From an uncultured bacterium (lineage in GTDB: Bacteria > Verrucomicrobiota > Lentisphaeria > Victivallales > UBA1829), in contig CACYZF010000003.1 of the NCBI GenBank assembly GCA_902778895.1, positions 3,798 through 67,797 on the forward strand: DNA of 64,000 nt, given 5' to 3'. Positions 8,700 through 16,344 of this stretch are shown in pieces (within the stretch, counting starts at the first letter, position 1; the number at the start of each line of letters is the position of its first letter). A program made the position numbers and the translations under genes. The notes below the pieces were generated by a model, which was not told where the DNA came from, did no database searches, and saw only the letters and a list, made by a program, of their open reading frames with translations.

Positions 8700-10187
8700 T
8701 TATTTTGCCGCCGAACTGCTTAAAAATGCCAGATTGATCGTTTTCGTGCGTTTTTTTCCGAACAGCGCGCTGTATTCGATTGGAAGCGACATGCGCGGAG
8801 TATCCGGCGTCCCGAAATGTTCCACCGCGAAATCAATGTCGTTCGGATCGTCCGAAACGGCCAGCCCGCCGCACTGCCTCAGCATGGGGCCAAGACGTTC
8901 CAGCTCGCCGCGGTTGTCCCAGATGCATCCCTGCGGATGTCCGGGCGCATAGTGACGCATCAGGCCGGACGCCCACGCGTCGCCGATCATGACCTCCAAC
9001 GGACGTCCCGTCTTCTCCTCGTACAGCCGCACGGCCTCCGCCGCGAACTGTCTCGCGGGGAAGTTCCTGCGGTTCGTGGAATGCACCATTCCGGCAATCG
9101 TGATCCCGATCAGGCACGCGATGAAAAACGCAGCCGTTTCCAGGCGGAACCGTAACGTCTGCCCCGGCGTCCATTCCGCCGGGAACAGCGCCGTCAGCAG
9201 GATGCCGAGCGGGAAGAACAGCGGGACCAGCCACATCGCGCGGATGGCGTTGCCGGAAAGACCGATCACGATCAGAACGAACAGCGGAACTCCCATCATC
9301 ACGGCGGCGAAAACCAGCGCCTCGCGCCGCCCGGATTCGGCGGGTTTGTGCGGGAACTGCAGCCGCGCCAGCAGAAACGCCGCAAGAGGGACTGCGCCGA
9401 CCCCGGCCGCGGTGCCGAGGATGACCAGCACTCCGGCGATATGCCGGTGAAACCAGGTGTCATCCGGCGAGAACGCCATGCGGCCCTCCACGTATTCCTC
9501 CATCATCGCCAGGCCGCCCGTGAACGCCCACATCAGGTGCGGCAGAATCACGAGAAACGCGCTTGCGGCGGCAATCCACGGTCCGGCGCTCAGGATGAGG
9601 CGGCGGCGTTCCTTCGTGAGCAGCAGAAACACCGCGAACGCCAGGAAAAGCAGCATGGAATAGTATTTGCAGAGGAAACACAGGCCGGAACAGACGCCCA
9701 GCAGGATCCAGTCGCGGATCAGATCGTGTCTGTACGCCCGGACGAAACACAGCGCCGCCGCGGGCCAGAGCAGCAGCATCGGCAGGTTCACGTTGAACTC
9801 CGGCGTCGTGATGCTGTAGTAGTAAATGAAGACCGGCGTCAGGGCCGCCGCCGCGGATTCTTCCCGCCCGAAATACTCGCGCGCCATGAAGTAGATGCAG
9901 ACCATCCCGCCCGTCACGCACAGCTGGCTCAGCAGATAGACCGGCCAGTCGGCGTGCCCGGTGGCGGACGCCGTCAGCCCGGCGATCCAGCCCGTGAGCG
10001 GCGGATGCTTCGCGTTGCCGAGCGAAAACCCGCTGCCCCACGCGACCGCCTCGAGCGAGTCCAGCGGCAAGATGGTGTACAGCAGGCTCGGCACGAGCGT
10101 CCACAGCACAAGCTGAAGCAGTACGACGACACCCAGGAAATGCACCATGGGCGGCATCTCGCGGACTGTCTGCAGGATCGTTTTCAT
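8700..10187 (-). CDS. GT-C fold glycosyltransferase (family 39 / ArnT-PMT_2-like)
   Basis: 495 aa polytopic membrane protein. First-loop motif LDSLEAVAWG...NAKHPPLTGWI resembles ArnT/PMT_2 family proteins. Confidence 0.75.
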   Translation of the reverse strand: MKTILQTVREMPPMVHFLGVVVLLQLVLWTLVPSLLYTILPLDSLEAVAWGSGFSLGNAKHPPLTGWIAGLTASATGHADWPVYLLSQLCVTGGMVCIYFMAREYFGREESAAAALTPVFIYYYSITTPEFNVNLPMLLLWPAAALCFVRAYRHDLIRDWILLGVCSGLCFLCKYYSMLLFLAFAVFLLLTKERRRLILSAGPWIAAASAFLVILPHLMWAFTGGLAMMEEYVEGRMAFSPDDTWFHRHIAGVLVILGTAAGVGAVPLAAFLLARLQFPHKPAESGRREALVFAAVMMGVPLFVLIVIGLSGNAIRAMWLVPLFFPLGILLTALFPAEWTPGQTLRFRLETAAFFIACLIGITIAGMVHSTNRRNFPARQFAAEAVRLYEEKTGRPLEVMIGDAWASGLMRHYAPGHPQGCIWDNRGELERLGPMLRQCGGLAVSDDPNDIDFAVEHFGTPDTPRMSLPIEYSALFGKKRTKTINLAFLSSSAAK

Positions 10188-10215
10188 GTCTGGTGAAATG
10201 GGGTTGCGGGCTTAC

Positions 10216-10247
10216 ACAAAAAGAGCAGGCCGTTTTTGACCTGCTCT
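10216..10247 (-). terminator. rho-independent terminator after hisG
   Basis: Minus-strand hairpin AGAGCAGG-N10-CCTGCTCT followed by UUUUU. Confidence 0.65.
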
Positions 10248-10264
10248 AAATTGAAGTTCGACGC

Positions 10265-11155
10265 TCAGTCGACCAGCTTGTTCAGCGGGAACTCCACGAT
10301 GCCCGTGGCGTTCAGTTCCTTCAGCTGCGGGATCAGGTCGCGCACCACCGTTTCGTCCACGATGGTGTTCAGCGCGAACCATCCCTTTTCGGAGAGCGGG
10401 GACACGGTCGGACGCTGGAGCGCGGGGAGCTTCTTCAGGATGTTGTCCAGGTCTTTTTCCTGCACGTTCAGCATGAGGCCGACCTTGCCCTCGGCGTTGA
10501 GCACGGCCTTCAGCAGCATGGCGATGCGGCGGATCTTCGCGGCCTTGAAGGGGTTGCTCATGGCCTTCTCGTTCGCGATGAAGCGCGTGGTCGTGGTGCA
10601 GAGCGTGTCGATGATCTTCAGGTGGTTCGCGCGCAGGCTGCTGCCGGTCTCCGTGATCTCCACGATGGCGTCGGCGAAATGAGGCGGCTTGACCTCGGTC
10701 GCGCCCCAGGAGAAGTCCACGCGGACGTTCTTCACGTTGTTCGCCGCCAGATAGCGCTTCGTCATGCCGACGGCCTCCGTCGCGATGCGTTTACCTTCCA
10801 GGTCGGCGGCGCACTTGATGTCCGAATTCTCCGGCACGGCCAGCACCCAGCGCAGCGGATTGCGTCCGACTTTGCCGTAGACCAGCTCGCACACCTCAAC
10901 GACGTGCGCACCCGTCTCCTGGATCCAGTCGAATCCGGTCAGACCGCAGTCGAGCATGCCTTCCTCCACGAACATCGCCATTTCCTGCGCACGCAGCAGC
11001 ATGCACTCGATCTCCGGGTCGTTGATCGTCGGGTACAGCGAACGCGAATCGATCTTGATATTGTAGCCCGCCTTCGCGAAAAGGGCGGTCGTGGCGGCTT
11101 CGAGGCTTCCTTTCGGGAGGCCGAGGATCAGTTTGTTCTCGTCGGTATTCAGCAT
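10265..11155 (-). CDS. hisG: ATP phosphoribosyltransferase, long form
   Basis: 296 aa. [23 protein letters not shown] ... [25 protein letters not shown] is typical HisG. Its length implies the C-terminal regulatory domain is present. Confidence 0.95.
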   Translation of the reverse strand: MLNTDENKLILGLPKGSLEAATTALFAKAGYNIKIDSRSLYPTINDPEIECMLLRAQEMAMFVEEGMLDCGLTGFDWIQETGAHVVEVCELVYGKVGRNPLRWVLAVPENSDIKCAADLEGKRIATEAVGMTKRYLAANNVKNVRVDFSWGATEVKPPHFADAIVEITETGSSLRANHLKIIDTLCTTTTRFIANEKAMSNPFKAAKIRRIAMLLKAVLNAEGKVGLMLNVQEKDLDNILKKLPALQRPTVSPLSEKGWFALNTIVDETVVRDLIPQLKELNATGIVEFPLNKLVD

Positions 11156-11178
11156 AGCAGGGACTCCTCTATGGTTTG

Positions 11179-11226
11179 TTTCCTGAATGATAACTGAGTA
11201 TATAATATACTACTTTTTTCAGGAAA
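11179..11226. promoter_or_regulatory. nested inverted repeat in the hisG / acyltransferase divergent intergenic region
   Basis: Perfect palindrome AGTATAT-A-ATATACT (11197-11211). It is nested inside the 9-bp inverted repeat TTTCCTGAA (11179-11187) / TTCAGGAAA (11218-11226). Confidence 0.4.
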
Positions 11227-11391
11227 TGAAAGCCGGAAACGGAAAAAACCGCCGATGCCCCCACGATGATGCGGCAAAGATTTGTTTCCATACGTCTTTC
11301 CCAAAAACTCAAAAAAGACGGAAAATGGCTTGAATATTATAGGGTTGAGGATATATTTACAAGGAAATCGGCATATCAGGAAAGGCTTTCT

Positions 11392-12504
11392 ATGACGGGC
11401 AGCACACAGATTACAAAGACCGATGGGACCAGGATCGCGGAACAGCGGGATATCTGGCCGGACATCCTCCGCATCGTCGCCGTGTTCGCCGTCGTCGTCC
11501 TGCACACGGGAGTGGAGCATTTTTACCGGATCGACACCCGGACAGCCACCTGGCAGATATGCAATCTCTGCGAATCGCTGGACCGGTTCTGCGTGCCGGT
11601 CTTCATCATGGTCTCCGGGCATTTCCTGCTGGATCCGGACAGGGAATACACGCTGAAAAAACTGTACGGCGTCAAGATACTGAGGCTGGCGACGGCATAT
11701 CTCTTCTGGTCCGTTTTCTATGTGCTGACCGATTACTGGTTCGCCTTGAAATACGGCCACGACGTCAAACTGACCTGTTCCGTTTTTTTCCGGGAGGCCG
11801 TCGCGGGGAAATATCATCTGTGGTTTCTGCCCATGATGGCCGGACTGTACATGGTCACGCCGGTCCTGCGGCACATCGTCAGGAGCGAAACCGTCACCGT
11901 TTATTTCCTCGCTCTTTCCCTCGTGTTCGTTTTTGCCGTCAATACGCTCGACCTCATCCCGGTCTTTCATGACACGGTCACGCCCGATATCAACCGTCTG
12001 GAGATCAAACTCGCGGTCGGCTTTTCCGGATATTACGTCCTCGGCTTCTGGCTGGCCCGGCACGAGCTCAAACCCGCCGCAAGAAAAGGCGTATATCTCG
12101 CGGGGATCCTCGCTGTCCTCGCGACCGCCGCCATCAACGGCGCGATCGGGTACCAGCTTCATCGCCCCGGGGAATGGATGTTCGGCACACTCATCCTGAA
12201 CACGCTTCTTGCCTCGGCCGCCGTGTTCGTCTTCTGCCGGTATCAGTTTCGGGACTGGCGGCCCGGTCCCGGCGTGCGAAAGCTGACCGGACTGCTCGGA
12301 AAATGGAGTTTCGGCATCTATCTCGTTCACCTCTTTGTTCTTGCGTACTTCAATTACATCCTGATTCGGCTCGACGTCTTTTCGTTCGTCTGTGCGCATC
12401 CCCTCGTTTCGATCCCGGTCGCGTCCGCCGCGGTCTTTTCCGTCAGCGCCCTGTTCGTTTCCGTGTTAAGCAGGATCCCCATCCTGAACAAATACATCGT
12501 CTGA
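11392..12504 (+). CDS. acyltransferase family 3 (O-acyl/acetyltransferase) membrane protein
   Basis: WPDILRIVAVFAVVVLHT N-terminal motif and about 10 TM helices typical of Acyl_transf_3. ATG at 11392 is preceded by CAGGAAAGG. Confidence 0.8.
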   Translation: MTGSTQITKTDGTRIAEQRDIWPDILRIVAVFAVVVLHTGVEHFYRIDTRTATWQICNLCESLDRFCVPVFIMVSGHFLLDPDREYTLKKLYGVKILRLATAYLFWSVFYVLTDYWFALKYGHDVKLTCSVFFREAVAGKYHLWFLPMMAGLYMVTPVLRHIVRSETVTVYFLALSLVFVFAVNTLDLIPVFHDTVTPDINRLEIKLAVGFSGYYVLGFWLARHELKPAARKGVYLAGILAVLATAAINGAIGYQLHRPGEWMFGTLILNTLLASAAVFVFCRYQFRDWRPGPGVRKLTGLLGKWSFGIYLVHLFVLAYFNYILIRLDVFSFVCAHPLVSIPVASAAVFSVSALFVSVLSRIPILNKYIV

Positions 12505-12533
12505 CGCGGAACGACACGATCAGAGGAGCAAAA

Positions 12534-13493
12534 ATGATTTGGAAACAGAAGCTCGTCCGAAACACTCTCTTCGCCGTGCTCGCCGCGACGCTCAGCGTCC
12601 TTTGCACCGGATGCACGGCGATCGTGCTGAAAGGCCAGTTCGGAGCGAAGGAGTCCCGGTTCGATCTGCCGAAATACGCCATGTCGCCCGACCGCCGCGA
12701 GATCACCGTGACGAGCGCGTGGGAAACCCGCCGTTTCCTCCAGCCGCCCTCGATTTGGAACTCGACCTGGAAAGAACGCATTCCGGTGGAGCCCGTGCCG
12801 GACTGCCTGATACGGTGCTTCCTCTTCGTGGAGCCGGATCCCGACGCGCCGCGATACTGGCACGACGCCCCCTTCGTGATAAACACGGACGTGCTCCCGC
12901 TCAACGAGGACAGAACGCTTTATCTCCGGGTCCACCCCGATGAACTGGACGACCTCTCCCAGCCGTTCAAGGTCAAACTGATCCCGCGGGGAGAAGAAGC
13001 CGGTCCTCCGGAAAAACAACCGGAAGGCGAGCTCCGCATGATGTTCCCCGTCGCCGTGAACGGAAACATGTATGTGCTCCTGACCGCCGCACCCGGGGAA
13101 CCGCGGACGAATCCCTTCCGGCAAAAGGCGAAAGAGGTATCCCTGAAGGAGACAGAAGGACGGGGCGAATTTTCTTATTTTACTATGGTTAAAATATTTC
13201 CGTCCTTAATCGGCAGTCAGCAATCCCGCGCATCGCTGACCCGGGCGGCGTACGAATGGGACGAACGCGAGGCGGACCGGTATCTTTATCCTTTCTGCGA
13301 GGGGATGGATGAAGTGCGCATGATCGAATACGAACGCAGGTTCGGGGAACGGTTCCCCACCTGGGACGCGGTCCTCTGGAAATCGCTCTGTCTGCCCCCG
13401 GCGGTCGTCGTGGATACGGTGCTCATGCCTGCCTATTTCGTGGGGAGCGTGGGATTGTACGCGATTCTTCTTCCGTTGAGCGGGATCCAATAG
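12534..13493 (+). CDS. lipoprotein, tandem paralog family member 1 (YceK/YidQ-like C-terminal motif)
   Basis: True start is ATG 12534 (RBS GAGGAG); the 12174 extension overlaps the upstream gene. Signal peptide plus xTGC lipobox. Shared family motifs: YAMSPDRREI, ERIPVEPVPDCLIRC, LRVHPDELDDLSQPF, MFPVAVNG. C-terminal LPPAVVVDTVLMPAY. Confidence 0.8.
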   Translation: MIWKQKLVRNTLFAVLAATLSVLCTGCTAIVLKGQFGAKESRFDLPKYAMSPDRREITVTSAWETRRFLQPPSIWNSTWKERIPVEPVPDCLIRCFLFVEPDPDAPRYWHDAPFVINTDVLPLNEDRTLYLRVHPDELDDLSQPFKVKLIPRGEEAGPPEKQPEGELRMMFPVAVNGNMYVLLTAAPGEPRTNPFRQKAKEVSLKETEGRGEFSYFTMVKIFPSLIGSQQSRASLTRAAYEWDEREADRYLYPFCEGMDEVRMIEYERRFGERFPTWDAVLWKSLCLPPAVVVDTVLMPAYFVGSVGLYAILLPLSGIQ

Positions 13494-13512
13494 CGCCGCC
13501 GTTTTGTGTCCT
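13494..13512. repeat. left copy of the 19-bp direct repeat flanking the TA cassette
   Basis: CGCCGCCGTTTTGTGTCCT, compared with CGCCGCCGTTTTTTGTCCT at 14609-14627 (18/19 identical). Confidence 0.8.
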
Positions 13513-13561
13513 CGAGCTATCGCTTTCAGAAAAGAAAACTCTCTTGATTTTCGAATCGGAT

Positions 13562-13590
13562 TTGACTTTTTCCTGTTTCGGACGTAAATT
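13562..13590 (+). promoter_or_regulatory. putative promoter of the MNT/HEPN cassette
   Basis: TTGACT (13562-13567), 17 nt spacer, TAAATT (13585-13590). RBS AGGAGA precedes ATG 13639. Confidence 0.45.
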
Positions 13591-13638
13591 AAAGATATTG
13601 AACCGGAAACGAGTCGTTTTTTAAGCAGGAGACAAACC

Positions 13639-13929
13639 ATGTGCCAGCTCGACAGACTGCGCAGTTTGAGAAGCGAGATCTACGAGATCGCCAGGAAGCA
13701 CAAAGCCGACAAGGTTTATGTGTTCGGTTCCTGCGCCCGCAAGGAGGAAACGCCCGACAGCGACGTCGATCTTCTGGTCGAACTGCAAAAAGGCGTTTCG
13801 TTCCGCGATTTGCTCGGACTTCAGGACGGCTTCGAAAAGCTTCTTGGATGCAGCGTCGACGTCGTTTCCAAAAACGGACTCAGTCCGTTCATCAGAAACA
13901 CCGTTCTGTCCGAGGCCGTCCTGTTATGA
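13639..13929 (+). CDS. minimal nucleotidyltransferase (MNT/MntA-type antitoxin)
   Basis: 96 aa. Pol-beta NTase motif VYVFGSCARKEETPDSDVDLLV (GS-x10-DxD). The stop overlaps the next start (ATGA at 13926-13929). Confidence 0.85.
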   Translation: MCQLDRLRSLRSEIYEIARKHKADKVYVFGSCARKEETPDSDVDLLVELQKGVSFRDLLGLQDGFEKLLGCSVDVVSKNGLSPFIRNTVLSEAVLL

Positions 13930-14589
13930 AAAAACGCTCGGACGATACGTTCCTTCTGCACATTCATGAAGCATTGAACGATATCGTTTCGTACACGGCG
14001 AACGGTCAGGCCGAGTTCTTCGCAGAGAAAGAAAATGCAGCAGGACGCCGTTGAACGAAAGTTTGAGATCATCGGCGAGGCCGTCAAAAACTTATCCCAG
14101 GGCTTTCGGGAAAAGTATCCGAACGTTGACTGGTCCTACATGGCGAAGTTCCGCGATTTGCTCTCGCATCATTATTTCGGGATCGATCTGGATGTCGTCT
14201 GGTCGATCGCGCAGGAGGATGTGCCTCAAGCACTGAAACAGATCGAAGAAATTCCTGAATTCCGGAGCGCGAAACAGCAATTCGACCAATCACAGGAACA
14301 TGCTCTTGATTTTCTGCTTCGCAATCAAGCTGAAATCCGGGAAATCGCCGGACGGTTCAATATAAAATCACTCAGGGTTTTTGGTGAAATCGCCGGTCGT
14401 TCAGAGAAATATGATTCGGACTTGGAGTTTCTTTTCGAACCGCCCCGGCCTTTTTCTCTTTTTGATCAAGCCGCATTTCTGAATGAGCTTACCGTTCTGC
14501 TCAGGCGCAGGGTTTCTCTTGTTTCCCCTGACTGCCAATTGTATCAGGAGCATCCTGAGCTGTTTGGGAATTCCGTCGAAATCCTGTAG
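13926..14589 (+). pseudogene. HEPN (DUF86/HepT-like) toxin gene interrupted by a frameshift and fused to a degenerate second MNT domain
   Basis: Frame 1 (13926-14054) encodes MKKRSDDTFLLHIHEALNDIVSYTANGQAEFFAEKE and then stops. The +1 frame (ATG 14035 to 14589) continues MQQDAVERKFEIIGEAVKNL...RDLLSHHYF (Rx4H). The shift lies in the A-run GAGAAAGAAAATG. The C-terminal ~100 aa (LRVFGEIAGRSEKYDSDLEFLFE) resemble an NTase with GS->GE and DxD->DxE. It could alternatively be expressed from 14035 as an N-truncated HEPN-MNT fusion. Confidence 0.55.
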
Positions 14590-14608
14590 GCGTGCCATAG
14601 AACTTTTA

Positions 14609-14712
14609 CGCCGCCGTTTTTTGTCCTAATCCGCTGATTTTTTTTTATTTAGGTTGTTTTTTCGGATAGTTGTGATATAGTATGACAGAAACTCGTCATA
14701 CGGAGCGATCAC
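14609..14712 (+). repeat. intergenic promoter module, copy A (also the right 19-bp direct repeat of the TA cassette)
   Basis: CGCCGCCGTTTTTTGTCCTAATCCGCTGA-T9-ATTTAGGTTGTTTTTTCGGATAGTTGTGATATAGTATGACAGAAAC...CATACGGAGCGATCAC is near-identical to 16241-16344. Contains -35 TTGTTT (14654-14659) and an extended -10 TGATATAGT (14673-14681). Confidence 0.75.
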
Positions 14713-15930
14713 ATGAACTCGAAACAGACACTGATCCGCCATCTCCTGTTCGCCGTGGTCGCCGCGGCGCTTTGCGTCTGCGGCACGGGATGCCTCTCCG
14801 CGAGTATCCTGAACAGCGAATTCGCCTCGAAGCGCTCCACGTTCACCGATTACCGGTACGACATGTCGCCCGACCGTGACGAGATCATCCTCACGTGCAA
14901 ACGGAACCGGGCATACAATTTCCTGCCGCTGTACGGGTCCATCCACAGGAACGCCGCGTGGACCTGGAGTTCGACCTGGGAGGAGCGCATCCCGCTGGAC
15001 CCCATGCCGGAGTGCCTGATACGGTGTAGCCTGATCGTGGAGACCGATCCCGAAGCAGGGCGTCTCCTGTGGGCGGACCATCTCCCGACGGCCGTGATGG
15101 AGGTCGAATCGCTCCCGATCCGGGAGGGCGAAACGTTTTATCTGAAAATCCATCCCCACGACCGGGAAAGACTGTCGAAACCGTTCCAGCTCCGCCTGGT
15201 CCCAAAGAAAGCCGATCCCGAAGAAGCCCCGACGGACGCGGACGAAAACGTTTCCGCGCCGGAAAACGCTTCAGGGGCCGCGCCGGAAAACGCGCCGGAA
15301 ACAAAGACCGCCGCGCCTTCTCCGCCGGAATACGAAAAGCGTCTCATGTTTCCGGTCTCCGTCACGCTGGACGGCAGCCGCTATGAACTCCTGACCCTCG
15401 CGCCGGAAAAGATGACGCCCGTCAATCCTTTCCGGAAGATCCGGGAAGATCGGATCAAGGCCCTGGGGGAAAAACGGAAAGAAGCCGAACAGAAGAGAGC
15501 GCAGGAGCAGGACGGAGAACAGGACGGCGCGCAGAAACAAAAGAGCGGTGGGTCACAAAGCATGCTCATGTTGCCTAAGTCGGGGGTTCTTGCGGCAGCG
15601 CTGCTGCTCAGTCGTACAGGGAAATCCGAACGGGGAAATCTTCTGGAGATCGAGGAGAAAAACTGGGACTTTCAGGAGGCAAACCGGTTTCCCGGCCTTT
15701 ATCCGTTCCGCGAAAGCCAGGAAGAGGTCTGCATGATCGAGTACGAACGCGCGGCAGGGGAACGGTTCCCCACCGTGGATGCGGTCCTCTGGGAAACGCT
15801 CTGTCTGCCGTCCGCGATCGTCGGGGACGTGATCCTTTTGCCCGGCGAAATCGTCATTTTCGGTGGAACCACCTTTCTCATTTACGCGATAGTCAAGGGG
15901 ATTCAAGAAGAGGGCAGCCCGATCCAATAG
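14713..15930 (+). CDS. lipoprotein, tandem paralog family member 2 (longest; low-complexity inserts)
   Basis: 405 aa. Lipobox CGTGC. Family motifs YDMSPDRDEI, ERIPLDPMPECLIRC, MFPVSVTLDGSRYELL. C-terminal LPSAIVGDVILLPGE. Extra APENA and E/K/Q-rich segments. Confidence 0.8.
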   Translation: MNSKQTLIRHLLFAVVAAALCVCGTGCLSASILNSEFASKRSTFTDYRYDMSPDRDEIILTCKRNRAYNFLPLYGSIHRNAAWTWSSTWEERIPLDPMPECLIRCSLIVETDPEAGRLLWADHLPTAVMEVESLPIREGETFYLKIHPHDRERLSKPFQLRLVPKKADPEEAPTDADENVSAPENASGAAPENAPETKTAAPSPPEYEKRLMFPVSVTLDGSRYELLTLAPEKMTPVNPFRKIREDRIKALGEKRKEAEQKRAQEQDGEQDGAQKQKSGGSQSMLMLPKSGVLAAALLLSRTGKSERGNLLEIEEKNWDFQEANRFPGLYPFRESQEEVCMIEYERAAGERFPTVDAVLWETLCLPSAIVGDVILLPGEIVIFGGTTFLIYAIVKGIQEEGSPIQ

Positions 15931-15965
15931 CGCCGCCCTTATTACACGTCATACGGAGCAATCAC

Positions 15966-16240
15966 ATGACCGGGAAAAAGACACTGATCCTCCGTCTCCT
16001 GTTTGCCGCGGCATGCAATCCCAGTTTTGAGCTTGCAACCGCAAAAGTCACTGGAGATTTGCGGTAAACAGTTGCAAAAGTCGCAGGAGAATCTTTGTAA
16101 ATCCAACATCCAATATCGGATTTGCAAAGATTTTACGCATGGGATACCGTATGATCCTGTCGCGCGGCTTCTGCCCGAATATGCCGTGGCGGGCGCGGAC
16201 ACTCCCATGGTCCTTATTTTGGGGGAAACGCGATCCAATC
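15966..16240 (+). pseudogene. decayed sixth copy of the lipoprotein family
   Basis: Starts with the family leader and N-terminus (CATACGGAGCAATCACATGACCGGGAAAAAGACACTGATCCTCCGTCTCCTGTTTGCC = MTGKKTLILRLLFAA), then diverges and stops at 16067. The far end keeps a mutated family 3' junction (GATCCAATCGCGCCGAC versus GATCCAATAGCGCCGCC). Confidence 0.6.
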
Positions 16241-16344
16241 GCGCCGACTTTTTTGTCCTAATCCGCTGATTTTTTTTATTTAGGTTGTTTTTTCGGATAG
16301 TTGTGATATAGTATGACAGAAACACAGTCATACGGAGCAATCAC
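16241..16344 (+). repeat. intergenic promoter module, copy B
   Basis: Near-identical to 14609-14712. T-tract is 8 rather than 9, with a few substitutions. -10 TATAGT at 16307-16312. Confidence 0.75.

Noticed and set aside
12174-12533. N-terminal 120 aa extension of the paralog 1 ORF
   Set aside because: It overlaps the 3' end of the acyltransferase gene in another frame and is Arg-rich. ATG 12534 has a GAGGAG RBS and starts the conserved family signal peptide.
13513-14608. TA cassette considered as a complete mobile element (IS or integrative element)
   Set aside because: No transposase, integrase or terminal inverted repeats are visible; only flanking direct repeats and lower GC. It is reported as an inserted cassette, not annotated as a mobile element.
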